This document shows positions 1-10,311 of a stretch of 64,000 bases of DNA, piece after piece. The DNA is taken from IMG/VR virus record IMGVR_UViG_2531839301_000007, positions 1 to 64,000 of that record; one strand, given 5' to 3'. The notes beneath the pieces are model-generated. The model was not told the origin of the DNA, searched no databases, and saw nothing but the letters and a program-made list of their open reading frames with translations. How positions within the stretch are numbered: the first letter of the stretch is position 1; each line of letters opens with the position of its first letter. The stretch comes from a virus. Its lineage: Duplodnaviria > Caudoviricetes. Position numbers and translations under genes: made by a program.

Positions 1-12
1 TGAAATACAGAG

Positions 13-618
13 TTATAATTGAAAATTCATGATTGCTTTATTCTCTTGCGAATTGATATTTGCCTTATCTGGGATGTCATCCTGCATACAACTTGGAGAT
101 TTGTCCGTAACATCTATCTGTTCGAATATGATTTGTTTCGGAAGTATTTTATGGCAGAAATAGCTGCTGTTGAACGGTACGTTTTTCCCTTTTCCGAACT
201 GAATACGTTTATCGAACATGAGTAATTCCAGATCAGTATTCTGGAAAAGTCGGCAGGGTGCTACGTTGTTCAGCCAATAGTTGGACATCAGCAAGGCGAA
301 TGGTTTTCCGAGTTTCAGACAGCGTTCAAAGACTTCCACCTTCCGGCTGAAAGGAGGATTGGATACGAGTATATCCCATTGGGACGGTTCATAGTTGAAA
401 AAATCCTGTCCGTTATAGATATGGGAATACACGACATGGAAACCGGCATCCTTGAATTTCTGCACAAACTCACTGCGCTTCGTATCGAAAGGACACCAGA
501 CTATCTTGCCTTCGGGTATATATTTGATAATGGGTAATACACCATATCCCGGTGTATATTTTTCATCTGTCGGATTCCCGTATAATTTTTTTAAGTAGTT
601 TGAAGATTTCATAGGCAC
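13..618 (-). CDS. N6-adenine DNA methyltransferase-like protein (phage type)
   Basis: DEKYTP, VWCPFD and ILVSNPPF catalytic motif; AT-rich. Confidence 0.7.
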   Translation of the reverse strand: MPMKSSNYLKKLYGNPTDEKYTPGYGVLPIIKYIPEGKIVWCPFDTKRSEFVQKFKDAGFHVVYSHIYNGQDFFNYEPSQWDILVSNPPFSRKVEVFERCLKLGKPFALLMSNYWLNNVAPCRLFQNTDLELLMFDKRIQFGKGKNVPFNSSYFCHKILPKQIIFEQIDVTDKSPSCMQDDIPDKANINSQENKAIMNFQL

Positions 619-661
619 ATGATTAAAAATATTTATATTGATTTCTTTTCCCTATTTCGCT

Positions 662-997
662 TCATTTCTTTATCTGCCTGGCACGCGCCCAAGTACAACG
701 TCCCGTCCGGGTCATTTGGATTTCACATTGCCAAAGAGTGCCCTTCTCCACTGTTTTGAAATTAACATTCCCGTATCTTGGTCCGTAAAAACCGGTATGT
801 TTTTGAAAAGCGAATAAGGCAATCCTCCGTCTGTCTTCTGTTCGGAAGTTGCATATTAGGGCAAACTGCCCTCTGTGATGCCACCATTCGGTACTCACAA
901 GTTTTCCGATAAATGTTTCGGCTTTATTGGGGGCTATATAGTCCGCATAATAAAGCCCATCCGTACCTTTGTGATATTCTGATAAATCTGTTTCCAT
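662..997 (-). CDS. Hypothetical protein
   Basis: 111-aa ORF co-oriented with the tra operon. Confidence 0.6.
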   Translation of the reverse strand: METDLSEYHKGTDGLYYADYIAPNKAETFIGKLVSTEWWHHRGQFALICNFRTEDRRRIALFAFQKHTGFYGPRYGNVNFKTVEKGTLWQCEIQMTRTGRCTWARARQIKK

Positions 998-1009
998 GTC
1001 ATCATCGTT

Positions 1010-2155
1010 TTAATTCCTTTTTTCCTGTCCGTTCACTAAATACACGAAAGTTCCGTATTTCAACTTGACTTTGTTTTTCTTGATAGCTTTGCTAATGGCA
1101 TTGCTTGTTTTCTGGTAGGCATTGTTCACCGCCTGCATCCCCCATTGTGCAAGGCTGTTTCCTGTTGTACTTCCCATACTCATGTTCATATTGCCCGACA
1201 TTGCCCCGCTTGCTACATCCTTGCTCGTTTCCCGGAATTGGCTGTTGGGCACATACAGCCCCTCCATGCCATCTGTATCATAGAGTGAGAGACTCACTTT
1301 CACCAATTCGTCATTCACGAGGATGCTGCTGATATTACCTTTCACGCGCCCGGATGAGAATCCGCTTACCGTAGCGTACAGGTATGTTCCCCTTGCTATC
1401 ACACACTCGCCGATCTCCACATCGTCAAGCAGGCGCAACCTCACGCGCGAGCCGTCCACCGCTTTGATGTTCTCGTCAATGATGGCTTGGATGAGTTTCG
1501 GTTCACGGACATTCTTCGACAGTGTGTTAAAGTAGTCCGAGGTTGTCTTCACCTTGCGTACCACCTCGCTGGGCGGTTCGTCCGCTGATGGCGTTTTCAC
1601 AGCCCGGCTCTCTTCGTTGATGGTTCCGGAGGCTGCTGCTCCTTGTGGTGGAGCAATGTTGGCCGTGTCCGTTTCTGCCGGGGGTACAGTCGCGTTTTGC
1701 CCTCTCAGTCTCGCCTCTGCGAGTGCTTTTTCCAGTTCGGCAAGTGCTTCCTGTTCTCGTGTCTTGGCAGAGGCAATTTCCGCTGCCGCAGCTTTTTCCT
1801 GTTGTTCTTCCGTGAGCAGGTCGATGTCGTCCTGCGTGTATTTCGATTCATACTCTTCCTTGTTTTTATCGGGTTCTTCCCGGTCTATGTTATCTACAGC
1901 GGAGTAGTCCTGTATCTTACCCCATGATTTCGCCATATTCTCGTATTTGCTGCCTATGCCATCGTCCTTGATCTGTGCCCCCGGCAATTCGGGGTTCAGG
2001 AACTCCGTCGTCTGCAACGCCTTGTCTTGTATTTCTATCGTTTCTGTCTGAAACAGGTCGAAGATGAAATAAGACGTGCCGAGCAGGGGGAAATAAAGGA
2101 TGGCGGGAAGCATATATTTCGGCTGGCGAAAATTGATTTTCTCCAATATCTTCAT
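1010..2155 (-). CDS. traM: Conjugative transposon protein TraM (VirB10-like)
   Basis: N-terminal TM (YMLPAILYFPLL), coiled coil, C-terminal GSRVRLRLLDD...YDTDGMEGLYVP; start chosen at MKILEK. Confidence 0.9.
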   Translation of the reverse strand: MKILEKINFRQPKYMLPAILYFPLLGTSYFIFDLFQTETIEIQDKALQTTEFLNPELPGAQIKDDGIGSKYENMAKSWGKIQDYSAVDNIDREEPDKNKEEYESKYTQDDIDLLTEEQQEKAAAAEIASAKTREQEALAELEKALAEARLRGQNATVPPAETDTANIAPPQGAAASGTINEESRAVKTPSADEPPSEVVRKVKTTSDYFNTLSKNVREPKLIQAIIDENIKAVDGSRVRLRLLDDVEIGECVIARGTYLYATVSGFSSGRVKGNISSILVNDELVKVSLSLYDTDGMEGLYVPNSQFRETSKDVASGAMSGNMNMSMGSTTGNSLAQWGMQAVNNAYQKTSNAISKAIKKNKVKLKYGTFVYLVNGQEKRN

Positions 2156-2165
2156 TATACATCTT

Positions 2166-2648
2166 TTAATTGAGTTGTACATATTTGCCTTCAATGGCAC
2201 AATTTCTCAGTATCTCTGCGTTGTCTTCTCCGAAAGCTAATAGGATGCTACCGCGACTGGGAGAGTCACCTCGTGCTCCGTCTGGTCGGTAGAATCGGAT
2301 GCGGTGGCGTAGGAATTTCATTCCCGTCGCTTTTGGGAAGATGACGTCCTGAAACATTTTGGAATCGCAACGGTTGAATAATAATGCAATGCCGTTGCCA
2401 TGTTCTGCCAATTTCCGGACGAATAGTTCGATAAGAGGACGCGAATAGGGAGGATTGAGCCACACACGCCCTTCCCATATCTGGGACAACCCATCTATGT
2501 TCTGGTCATACATGACCTCGGCAGTCGGCCACAACGGACGGATGGGAGCGCAAGGGTCAAGGTCGAATTTGCCCAATGCGTCCAGTATCTCCTTTGGCGT
2601 GTACCATTCGTCTGACGAACGGACTGATTTTCCAAGCCGTGTATTCAT
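2166..2648 (-). CDS. Phage Dam-type N6-adenine DNA methyltransferase
   Basis: DEWYTP, FDLDPCA, VWLNPPY motifs; 121/160 aa identical to ORF 60517-60999 by manual alignment. Confidence 0.85.
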   Translation of the reverse strand: MNTRLGKSVRSSDEWYTPKEILDALGKFDLDPCAPIRPLWPTAEVMYDQNIDGLSQIWEGRVWLNPPYSRPLIELFVRKLAEHGNGIALLFNRCDSKMFQDVIFPKATGMKFLRHRIRFYRPDGARGDSPSRGSILLAFGEDNAEILRNCAIEGKYVQLN

Positions 2649-2658
2649 AAGTATTCTT

Positions 2659-3033
2659 TTATTGTGGTTTGTCCCCTCTGTTTTTATGTTCCCTTATTTC
2701 GACTTCCTGCAACAGCTTGTGCCGTTCCCGAAGCACAGAATCCTGCATTTCCGTCGCCGTGCGACTTGCCGGACTGTGTCTGTACACAGTTACCAAGCGG
2801 TAGGCGTTCCATACGAAAGCTCCGATGACGAATGTAAAGACGATGACCAGAAACAGCGTCCGGTGTGCGTTGGCAAAGCCCTGCACCTTGGCCGCCGCTT
2901 GGTCGATGCGTGTCGCCTTGGCGAATTTATGCCCGGCCTGCACCTCTCGCTCGTAGCGTTCCTTGTACTGCGGGTCATCTTTGTCCGGCATCTTCTCGCC
3001 GAACAACATCCGTTTAAATCCTTTGATATTCAT
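2659..3033 (-). CDS. TraL-like conjugation membrane protein
   Basis: Lies between traK and traM; single TM segment. Confidence 0.55.
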   Translation of the reverse strand: MNIKGFKRMLFGEKMPDKDDPQYKERYEREVQAGHKFAKATRIDQAAAKVQGFANAHRTLFLVIVFTFVIGAFVWNAYRLVTVYRHSPASRTATEMQDSVLRERHKLLQEVEIREHKNRGDKPQ

Positions 3034-3045
3034 ATCTTTGGTGAT

Positions 3046-3660
3046 TTAATAGTTACTCTTTGTTTTTTGCTCGATATCTTTGTTCAGCAATGTGCGCCAG
3101 TTTACTATGAGCAGTCCATGCGGATTGTTGTCCGTTCTCGGCACACGTTTAAGTTGCCCTGCCGTAACCAGTTCGCGCATCAGGATATTACTCCGGCGCT
3201 CGATTCGCTGTCGACCATAGTAGGTGAACTCCATATTCTTTTTGTCAAAGGAGATACTGTCACAGAATATCGAGAACACCGCGCTCGTACCCAATATATT
3301 GGAGTAAAATCCCTTTTCCTTGAGGGTATTGTACTGTGCCAGTCCCGTCTCATCGACCAGGTACATCGCTTTTTCCATCGTATAGCGGATGTATTTGTCG
3401 TCCGGTGCGAGAGTAAAAAAGTAATGGTGGAACATTTCTACGTGGCTCTTGGCCTCCACGTCCAGTGTTTCGTCCATCGTCGTGCGGGTTACGAGTATAG
3501 GTACATTTCCGTCCAGCACATACACCTTTTTCTGCGCGTCCGTCACCATTGTCCGGGCAGTCCAGATACTTGATACGCTGATGATGATACACCCTGCAAG
3601 AAAAGCAGTGCAGATGATGCCCACCAGTCGGATTTTATTCTCCAAATGTTTGATGACCAT
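3046..3660 (-). CDS. traK: Conjugative transposon protein TraK (VirB8-like)
   Basis: VYVLDGNVP, HVEMFHHYFFTLAPD, RTDNNPHGLLI motifs. Confidence 0.9.
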   Translation of the reverse strand: MVIKHLENKIRLVGIICTAFLAGCIIISVSSIWTARTMVTDAQKKVYVLDGNVPILVTRTTMDETLDVEAKSHVEMFHHYFFTLAPDDKYIRYTMEKAMYLVDETGLAQYNTLKEKGFYSNILGTSAVFSIFCDSISFDKKNMEFTYYGRQRIERRSNILMRELVTAGQLKRVPRTDNNPHGLLIVNWRTLLNKDIEQKTKSNY

Positions 3661-3672
3661 ATACCTCTATTT

Positions 3673-4086
3673 TTACTTGTTAGACAATCGTGTGTATTCG
3701 TCATGTAACATTGTCATGACTGTATCATGCAACTCCGTCAGAAATTTTTCGAACTTCCCGTCAAAAAGCTGTGTGTAATCTTCCCGCATGATTACATGCA
3801 CGAATATCCACCAGACACGGCGGTTTCGATTCTTGGCATTTTTCTGCAATTTGACCAGTTGCAGACGATAGGTAAGGTAAGTCATCATAGGGACAATATA
3901 TCGGTTGTCCCATGTAATGGCTTCGTCCAGTTCTTCATATTCCGGATCAATTCGGTGGTTAGGTGCATAAACGAGTTCTTCGCTTATGCGTTCATTTGCA
4001 TAGTGCACGAAACGCTCGTTCCTGCACCATTTCTCAATTTTCTGTTGTACATTCATCTTTTGGATATTTAATATTAGGTTTATCAT
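3673..4086 (-). CDS. Hypothetical protein inserted between traJ and traK
   Basis: 137-aa ORF abutting the traJ-like stop. Confidence 0.6.
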   Translation of the reverse strand: MINLILNIQKMNVQQKIEKWCRNERFVHYANERISEELVYAPNHRIDPEYEELDEAITWDNRYIVPMMTYLTYRLQLVKLQKNAKNRNRRVWWIFVHVIMREDYTQLFDGKFEKFLTELHDTVMTMLHDEYTRLSNK

Positions 4087-5219
4087 TATCTCATCATCGA
4101 GCCGATACCGCCCGTAGCCGTCATTTTGGCCTGCTGCGCCACACCTTCTCCAAAGTTCCGTGTAGAGAAGGCCGTGTCGCCTTCAGGTATCATCCATGCT
4201 GCCAAGTCCGGCACGAGGTTTAGGCATTTCAGTGCCACGATACTTGCCGCCATCAAGTAGCCGGCGGAGAAGAAGCTGTTTTGCAAGTAGGCCGCCATTG
4301 TCTGTTCGCTTGCTGTGATTGCCGTCAGGTTTTCTACCTGTATGCACAGTACAATGTCGAATAACAGTAGCACATAGAAGCCGACGAAGTAGAGCATTGC
4401 ACCATAGAAATGTACTGTCAGATACCTTATAAGCCACTTCGCCCATGCACCTTCCCATTTGGGCAACAGCGAGAACGCCCATTGTATAGGTCCGAATATT
4501 GTTAACATGCCCAGTAGGATTTGCTGGCAATAGATGGTTGCCCACCATCCGATACGATACACAATCAGAGCGATAAGCATGATGATTTTGTCGATACCTA
4601 CGATGACTCCTGCCGTCAGTGAGGTAAACCACAGTTCGGCTGCGTCTTTCTCCATCTTCGTCACTTCGTCCACTCCGGTTTGTTCCATGGTCGCTTCTAC
4701 CAGGTTCGGGTCGGAGGTACCCGTGTGAGCGACATCTGCCTGTGCTTGCAAGCTTTGGTACATCGTGTCACGTACATGGATAAGTTGCTGCACTTCCTCG
4801 AATTTGTCCGCTATTTGGGTGGCTTCTGCCTCGTACAGGTCATGCGTGTACGAGCCGATGCAGTTCGGGATGTAAGACAGGAAGTCAAGGAAACACCAAC
4901 TGCTCCCACTGCCAGCCATACCCGTGTCTGCTGGCGGATACCACCAACAGAGGATGATTGAAACAGCCAAAGGACGGAACAGCTTCAGCACATCCAGTGG
5001 CTCATGTTTCACCATCATCTTGTACGCCATTCCCGCTGCCATCACAATAGCGAACAGGGCAGCCAGTGCCATGCACATTTGTAGTATCCACCAGAACGGT
5101 CCCTGCGAGCCGGTAAAAGTCGCATCAGTCAGGAACTCGTTCGTTTGAAAAATCACATCGTCAATTTCTTCTTCAAGGATATTAATACCGAAATCCGAGA
5201 GTATATTTCCGTCTGCCAT
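4086..5219 (-). CDS. traJ: TraJ/VirB6-like polytopic mating-pore protein
   Basis: Several TM helices, GPIQWAFSLLPKW motif, position upstream of traK. Confidence 0.75.
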   Translation of the reverse strand: MADGNILSDFGINILEEEIDDVIFQTNEFLTDATFTGSQGPFWWILQMCMALAALFAIVMAAGMAYKMMVKHEPLDVLKLFRPLAVSIILCWWYPPADTGMAGSGSSWCFLDFLSYIPNCIGSYTHDLYEAEATQIADKFEEVQQLIHVRDTMYQSLQAQADVAHTGTSDPNLVEATMEQTGVDEVTKMEKDAAELWFTSLTAGVIVGIDKIIMLIALIVYRIGWWATIYCQQILLGMLTIFGPIQWAFSLLPKWEGAWAKWLIRYLTVHFYGAMLYFVGFYVLLLFDIVLCIQVENLTAITASEQTMAAYLQNSFFSAGYLMAASIVALKCLNLVPDLAAWMIPEGDTAFSTRNFGEGVAQQAKMTATGGIGSMMR

Positions 5220-5233
5220 ACGTTTTTGTTTTT

Positions 5234-6004
5234 TCAGTTCCCTTTGTTTACTGTTTCATCTCCGTCGCCGCTGCCACCCGTGTTATTGCCTGATTGCGGG
5301 CCGCGCACGGCAAAGCGCGATTCGTGCCATCGGTTCACCGCATCGCGGACAATACTCTCCTTATCCAGAGTACGGTCAGCGGTAGCATTCAGTAGCGTAC
5401 TTGTTATCGTAGTATTCTGCCGTTTGGCAAGGTAGCCGACAAGGATTTCGTTCTGTCGAGTTATATCCTCGTAGATGCGCAGATACTCTTTCTTCCGCTG
5501 TGCGTTGGGCATATAGGCATCTTTCGTTGCATCAATGGCGCACTGGTAGATATGGTAATATTCCGTCCATCTGTCTTTATCCTCCGGTGTCCCCCCGACA
5601 GGCAAGATGCGGTCTATGTTTCGTTTGAACCGTACCATCTGTCCGTTGACCTTATCGCCTTCAGCGACCCATGCGATGTCCGCTTGACGGTCAGCCACGT
5701 TCAAGGCTTCTATCTTTGCCCGGCTCACCAATGCCGAGTCGATGGCTTCAGCTTCGTCCGTTTGGTTGTATAGGTTGACGCCCGCCAGTGTGCGGAATGA
5801 CAGTTTGTTCTTGACTGCTGCCGACTTCTTATACTTGTTGTGCAGTATGGAATAGTAGAGGTCGGGCGAGAGTGCTCCCGTACCGGTTTCCATTACTGTT
5901 ACTTGGTTTTGTTTCGGCGAATCGTGGTTATAGGTCACGGATTGTGCCTTTGCCGCCGTGGTTGCAATTATTGTAACCGTCACGAGTAAGAGTATTCTGT
6001 CCAT
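5234..6004 (-). CDS. Exported ICE protein (DUF5045-like)
   Basis: Signal peptide then QSVTYNHD; tra operon context. Confidence 0.6.
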   Translation of the reverse strand: MDRILLLVTVTIIATTAAKAQSVTYNHDSPKQNQVTVMETGTGALSPDLYYSILHNKYKKSAAVKNKLSFRTLAGVNLYNQTDEAEAIDSALVSRAKIEALNVADRQADIAWVAEGDKVNGQMVRFKRNIDRILPVGGTPEDKDRWTEYYHIYQCAIDATKDAYMPNAQRKKEYLRIYEDITRQNEILVGYLAKRQNTTITSTLLNATADRTLDKESIVRDAVNRWHESRFAVRGPQSGNNTGGSGDGDETVNKGN

Positions 6005-6072
6005 ATTTACTTTCGGTTATTTGTTATTAATCTTTCAATACTCAATGTGTTTCAATCAGTTAATCACCAGGA

Positions 6073-6843
6073 TTATTCCACATTTCTTTTTATATTATAT
6101 TCATTTCTAATCCTTTCCTCTCCCCGCAAGAAGTGCATATCATCCTTTTCAATACAAATACATTTTCTATTCGTATGAATACAGGCGATTGCAGTGCTCA
6201 TGCTTCCAGAGGCAAAATCAAGGACTGTGTCACCCTCTTTCGTGTATGTTTTTATCAGATATTTCAACAATGCGACTGGTTTTTGATTAACATGAATCGT
6301 TTTGCCCTCTGATTCCGCAGTTTTAAAATATTTCACACTTCGTGGGTATCTCGTTCCTTTGTTTTCATTTCTGAATGTAGGATTTGGTACCTTGTTTACT
6401 CCTGTCCAGTTACTTCCTCTCTTTGTACGATTCTCATAAGGCTCACCTTCCTCCATGATTGGATAATAAGGAGTTCTGCCGTTACAAAAGATACTGATTA
6501 GCTCATGCGCTTTTAGAGGTTGCTTTTTAGCAAGAAGGAAATTGCTTGCTTTTGACTTTTCCCATACCCAGTCATATTTAAATTCGGCTAAATTGCCACA
6601 GCGTAAAAGGCTGCTGAACGGTTCGCTGCCAAATAAAGCCGTAGGCGCATTATCCTTTCTCACTCTTCTAATCTCCTCCCACATTTTCGAGAATGGTATT
6701 ATCTTATCCCATTGCGAAGCTGTAATTCCGAAAGGTGGGTCGCATAGAACTAAATCAATACTTGATTCTGGGAGAAGAGGCATTACTTCAAGGCAATCGG
6801 CTTTATATAGCGTAATGTCTTTTTCAAAAACGATCTTTTTCAT
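6073..6843 (-). CDS. N4/N6 DNA methyltransferase (beta class)
   Basis: DLVLCDPPF, HVNQKPVALL, VLDFASGSMST motifs. Confidence 0.9.
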   Translation of the reverse strand: MKKIVFEKDITLYKADCLEVMPLLPESSIDLVLCDPPFGITASQWDKIIPFSKMWEEIRRVRKDNAPTALFGSEPFSSLLRCGNLAEFKYDWVWEKSKASNFLLAKKQPLKAHELISIFCNGRTPYYPIMEEGEPYENRTKRGSNWTGVNKVPNPTFRNENKGTRYPRSVKYFKTAESEGKTIHVNQKPVALLKYLIKTYTKEGDTVLDFASGSMSTAIACIHTNRKCICIEKDDMHFLRGEERIRNEYNIKRNVE

Positions 6844-7053
6844 TACATCTTTTATTAATCCAAATGTCCATTTGCCTCTTGGTTATAGGCCAGATAGACT
6901 TGTTTGTACTTAAAGTTTCTTTCTCTGTTTGTACTTCTCCGAACATTCAGAACGAAACGCTTTTCCTGCGTTTTAAGATATTCCTTATCAATTTCGGTAT
7001 ATAGAAGTCATAATCATCATTATGGCATTATTTACCTCCTTCCTCTTTTACCG

Positions 7054-7779
7054 TCAATAATCCAGTCGTCCCGCATTGCGCCATCGTCCGAAAGCACCGT
7101 CAATAATTTCCCGTTTGGTACGTTCCCGGTAAATCTTCGATTTCCAGTAGCCGATACGTACCTGTATGTATCTCCATGTCTCGATGTATGCCCGGTTCAA
7201 GTGTTGCTCAATGCTGTCCAGCGACTTGTTCACGGACTCCAGTACCATCAGCAGGTCGCTGGTCGAGCAGGCCGCTGCGCCCGTGGCATACAGCACGAGG
7301 TCGCTCACCGACTTATAGAGGTGTTCTCCCTCGTTGGCGATGTCCCGTATTGCTTTTTCATTGATAGTCAGTATCAATGCGTCTGACGGCTCGATGTTCC
7401 CATGTTTCAGGATTTTCTCATGGAAAGCCTCCAGCATGGTCTTATAGTCACCGATACGGTCACTTACCGAGCTGTAGGTATCCTTCACGTTCAGCACCGT
7501 CCGCAGGGACTGGTACATCACGTCGATGACATCAAAGGCACGGGTATAGCGGTCAAGGTCGATATTTACTTCCTTGTATTTGCCCGTCTCCTCACGGCTG
7601 TACTCGTGCAGCAGTTGGTTGCTGTATTCCAGCGTGCTTCGGGCCAGCAACAGGCTGCGTTGTTTTTTGTGGTCATTTATGTACGCTTCCACCGACACGA
7701 TATCGAATGTCCATTGGCCCTTGGCGACATCGGGTAGTAGCGCAAGCAACGTAATGGCTATCAGTATAGTGCGTTTCAT
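7054..7779 (-). CDS. Exported conjugation protein (possible minor pilin / TraI-like)
   Basis: Signal peptide, helical body, tra context. Confidence 0.5.
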   Translation of the reverse strand: MKRTILIAITLLALLPDVAKGQWTFDIVSVEAYINDHKKQRSLLLARSTLEYSNQLLHEYSREETGKYKEVNIDLDRYTRAFDVIDVMYQSLRTVLNVKDTYSSVSDRIGDYKTMLEAFHEKILKHGNIEPSDALILTINEKAIRDIANEGEHLYKSVSDLVLYATGAAACSTSDLLMVLESVNKSLDSIEQHLNRAYIETWRYIQVRIGYWKSKIYRERTKREIIDGAFGRWRNAGRLDY

Positions 7780-10307
7780 GGCCGTACCTCCTTTCTGCCA
7801 CTTCGGGATGTCCGTGCGTTTTCTACCCAGCGGTCATGGCACTCTTCCACGAGTGTCAGCCTACGACCCTCGTCCGTATCGAGTTCCGGTAGCACATCCT
7901 TCAGTACGTCGATGATGTTCCGCTTGTAGTGCATCATCTTCTCCAAGGATACGAGGTCGGCGTATATTTTCGTGATACGTGAATCCACTTCTCGTGCGAT
8001 TTCGAGGCGGTCACTTGACCAAAGCAGGTGGTACACGTCGCTGTTCGGTACTTCTTCCATAGGTTCTGTACGGGCATACTCGGTAGTGATTTTACAGTTG
8101 GGATATTCCCGTGCGATTTCCGATATGCGATTATTCACGATTTTAGTCTTTTCCTCGTTCGACAGGTTCGGATCGAGTGTCAGTACATCGGCAACGTGCG
8201 TGTCTGTGTATGCCGAAGTCAATTCCCAACTGATTTGGATAATGGCACGGTGAATCTTGATACCCAGAAAGTATTTCGGCTTCCGTGCGATAGAAATAGT
8301 CGCACGGAACGTAATGATACCATTGATGTTCGGCATCGTCGCCTTACGGACGAACGTATAGCCGCTCCATGTACCTCCGTCCTGCCAAGTGAGGCTATAG
8401 GCTGTCTTGCAATCCTGCATGATAGCCGGTAGGCGGTAGTAATCATCTGTCGGCACATCGTTCTCTGCTTCCGCTTCCTGCTTCGCATCTGCGTACTCCT
8501 TCTGTTTTTGTTGCCACTCGGCAAGTTCGCTTTTCAGTTCCTCGATACGTGTCCGGTTGGAGTTATATTGTTGCCGGTAAGCTGCTGCGTCTTCCACGCT
8601 CGCCTCGGCAATTTTTTTCAGAAGGTCGGCGTTTTCCTTTTCCAAGGCACTAATCTGAGATTGAAGAACGGCGACTTGATTGTCCGCTTCCCGTATCAGT
8701 GCGTCCAGTTCTGAAAGGTCCAGTTCGTTCTCCGTTACCGAGGTCTGCATGACACACTCTTTGGAGTGGGCATCCAGTGAGCCGCCACACTTGCGACACT
8801 TGTATTGTGTCGAGCCTTGCCCCAGCGTCGCCCCGTCTGAACAGGTTACACTGATGGTCACGCTTTCGCATCCCTGCAATTTTGCGGCGTCCGTCGCCTG
8901 ATAATAGTTCCGTGTATCGGATGCTATGTAATAGATATAGCCTTCCTCGTTGTCATTGAACTCCGAGAGGCGGGCATTGAGCTGCGCTTTGAACGTATTC
9001 AAATCCATCGAATAGGAGTCGAAGACATCCTCATAGACCACCTCCGTCCGATTCCAACTCTGTGTCACGTGTATCTCGTAGGCGTATGCCTTCTTTGTCT
9101 GTTTGTTACCCTTACTGATGATATAGGCCTGTTGTCGGGTATTGATAGTATAGGTGTAGCCATCGTTGCTATTGTTGAGCTGTTGCACTCGGCTTCTTGA
9201 CCATCCGGCATACCGTTCTGAATTGGCGAGGGCCTGCTCCCGTTGCGAAGCGTTCGGATAAAATCCCGGATCACTCGTGTTAAAGCGTGTCCATGCGCCC
9301 CCATTCAATATGCTGTTGTCGTCTGTCGGTGGGTAGTAGTCGCATAGAGAAATGCTTCCTTGATCACGCCGTGCGATATACCACCGTTGCGTGTAATAGT
9401 TCCCGACAGCATTGTCCATATAGTCGGTCATCCACGATGTGAGGTCGTAGTTGCTGAAATTGAACAATGCGGCCACGCTATCCTGACCGCCCACCATGTC
9501 GATTAGCAGACTGCCGATGTCATGTTCCGCCTGCTCGAAGAGAGTACCGTAGTGTTCATACAGGTTGCCGATTTCATTGACTTTGCCACCCAACAGGTCA
9601 TGGAACGCACTACTTTGCAGTAGAGCGTCACCGAGGTTCTCCATACCTGATGTTGCCAGCCCTACGCCCATGTTATAAAGGTTGTCAATGTCGCCCTTTA
9701 AGTTCTCAATCGTGAAATTGCCCGGCACTTTGGTAAAGTTGTCCAACATCCGTTGCCAATCGGTACCGCCCAGTTCTGCGAGGTTCAGCAAGGTGGCAAT
9801 GTCGCGGTCAATTTCCAGAAAAGCGATGTCCGAGAACGACAGCGTGCTGTTTGTCACCACACTTTCGAACTGCATACACAGGCTCTTCGTATCGTCGCAC
9901 ACCTTCATCAGGTAGCTGCCCCAGTGGATTGCTGTTTGTGGTGAGCGCAGCATCAGCTTCGCCACCACCCATATTTTCGGCATGATTTTTTCTGCCACCA
10001 TGTGGTAAATTCGACGATAGTAGTAATTTTCCGTGCTGCTGCACCAGATGCCAAGGTCGGACAGAGCCTTGTGTTCCAAAAATTTGGAAGAAAATATCCC
10101 TGCTGCCGCCACTTCTGCCGCCGTATAGTGTTTCAGAATATCATCCACCTGCTCGCGGTAGTAGCTTTCGGCTACTGCCTCCGTGCCGAATGCTGCGGCC
10201 ATGGCCGCCACGGTACGAGCGTCATAGTTCACGCTGTAATATTGTGCGTGAACGTGCTGTGTCAGGGCAGGCAATAGGATAACCCAAAAGATAAACAGCC
10301 GTTTCAT
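7776..10307 (-). CDS. Large exported ICE protein (843 aa) with CxxC motif and coiled coil
   Basis: Signal peptide; KCRKCGG...HSKEC; heptad-rich stretch. Confidence 0.6.
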   Translation of the reverse strand: MKRLFIFWVILLPALTQHVHAQYYSVNYDARTVAAMAAAFGTEAVAESYYREQVDDILKHYTAAEVAAAGIFSSKFLEHKALSDLGIWCSSTENYYYRRIYHMVAEKIMPKIWVVAKLMLRSPQTAIHWGSYLMKVCDDTKSLCMQFESVVTNSTLSFSDIAFLEIDRDIATLLNLAELGGTDWQRMLDNFTKVPGNFTIENLKGDIDNLYNMGVGLATSGMENLGDALLQSSAFHDLLGGKVNEIGNLYEHYGTLFEQAEHDIGSLLIDMVGGQDSVAALFNFSNYDLTSWMTDYMDNAVGNYYTQRWYIARRDQGSISLCDYYPPTDDNSILNGGAWTRFNTSDPGFYPNASQREQALANSERYAGWSRSRVQQLNNSNDGYTYTINTRQQAYIISKGNKQTKKAYAYEIHVTQSWNRTEVVYEDVFDSYSMDLNTFKAQLNARLSEFNDNEEGYIYYIASDTRNYYQATDAAKLQGCESVTISVTCSDGATLGQGSTQYKCRKCGGSLDAHSKECVMQTSVTENELDLSELDALIREADNQVAVLQSQISALEKENADLLKKIAEASVEDAAAYRQQYNSNRTRIEELKSELAEWQQKQKEYADAKQEAEAENDVPTDDYYRLPAIMQDCKTAYSLTWQDGGTWSGYTFVRKATMPNINGIITFRATISIARKPKYFLGIKIHRAIIQISWELTSAYTDTHVADVLTLDPNLSNEEKTKIVNNRISEIAREYPNCKITTEYARTEPMEEVPNSDVYHLLWSSDRLEIAREVDSRITKIYADLVSLEKMMHYKRNIIDVLKDVLPELDTDEGRRLTLVEECHDRWVENARTSRSGRKEVRP

Positions 10308-10311
10308 CGTT

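Noticed and set aside
2455-3573. 372-aa plus-strand ORF and the many other plus-strand ORFs over the tra operon
   Set aside because: Antisense shadows of GC-rich tra genes.
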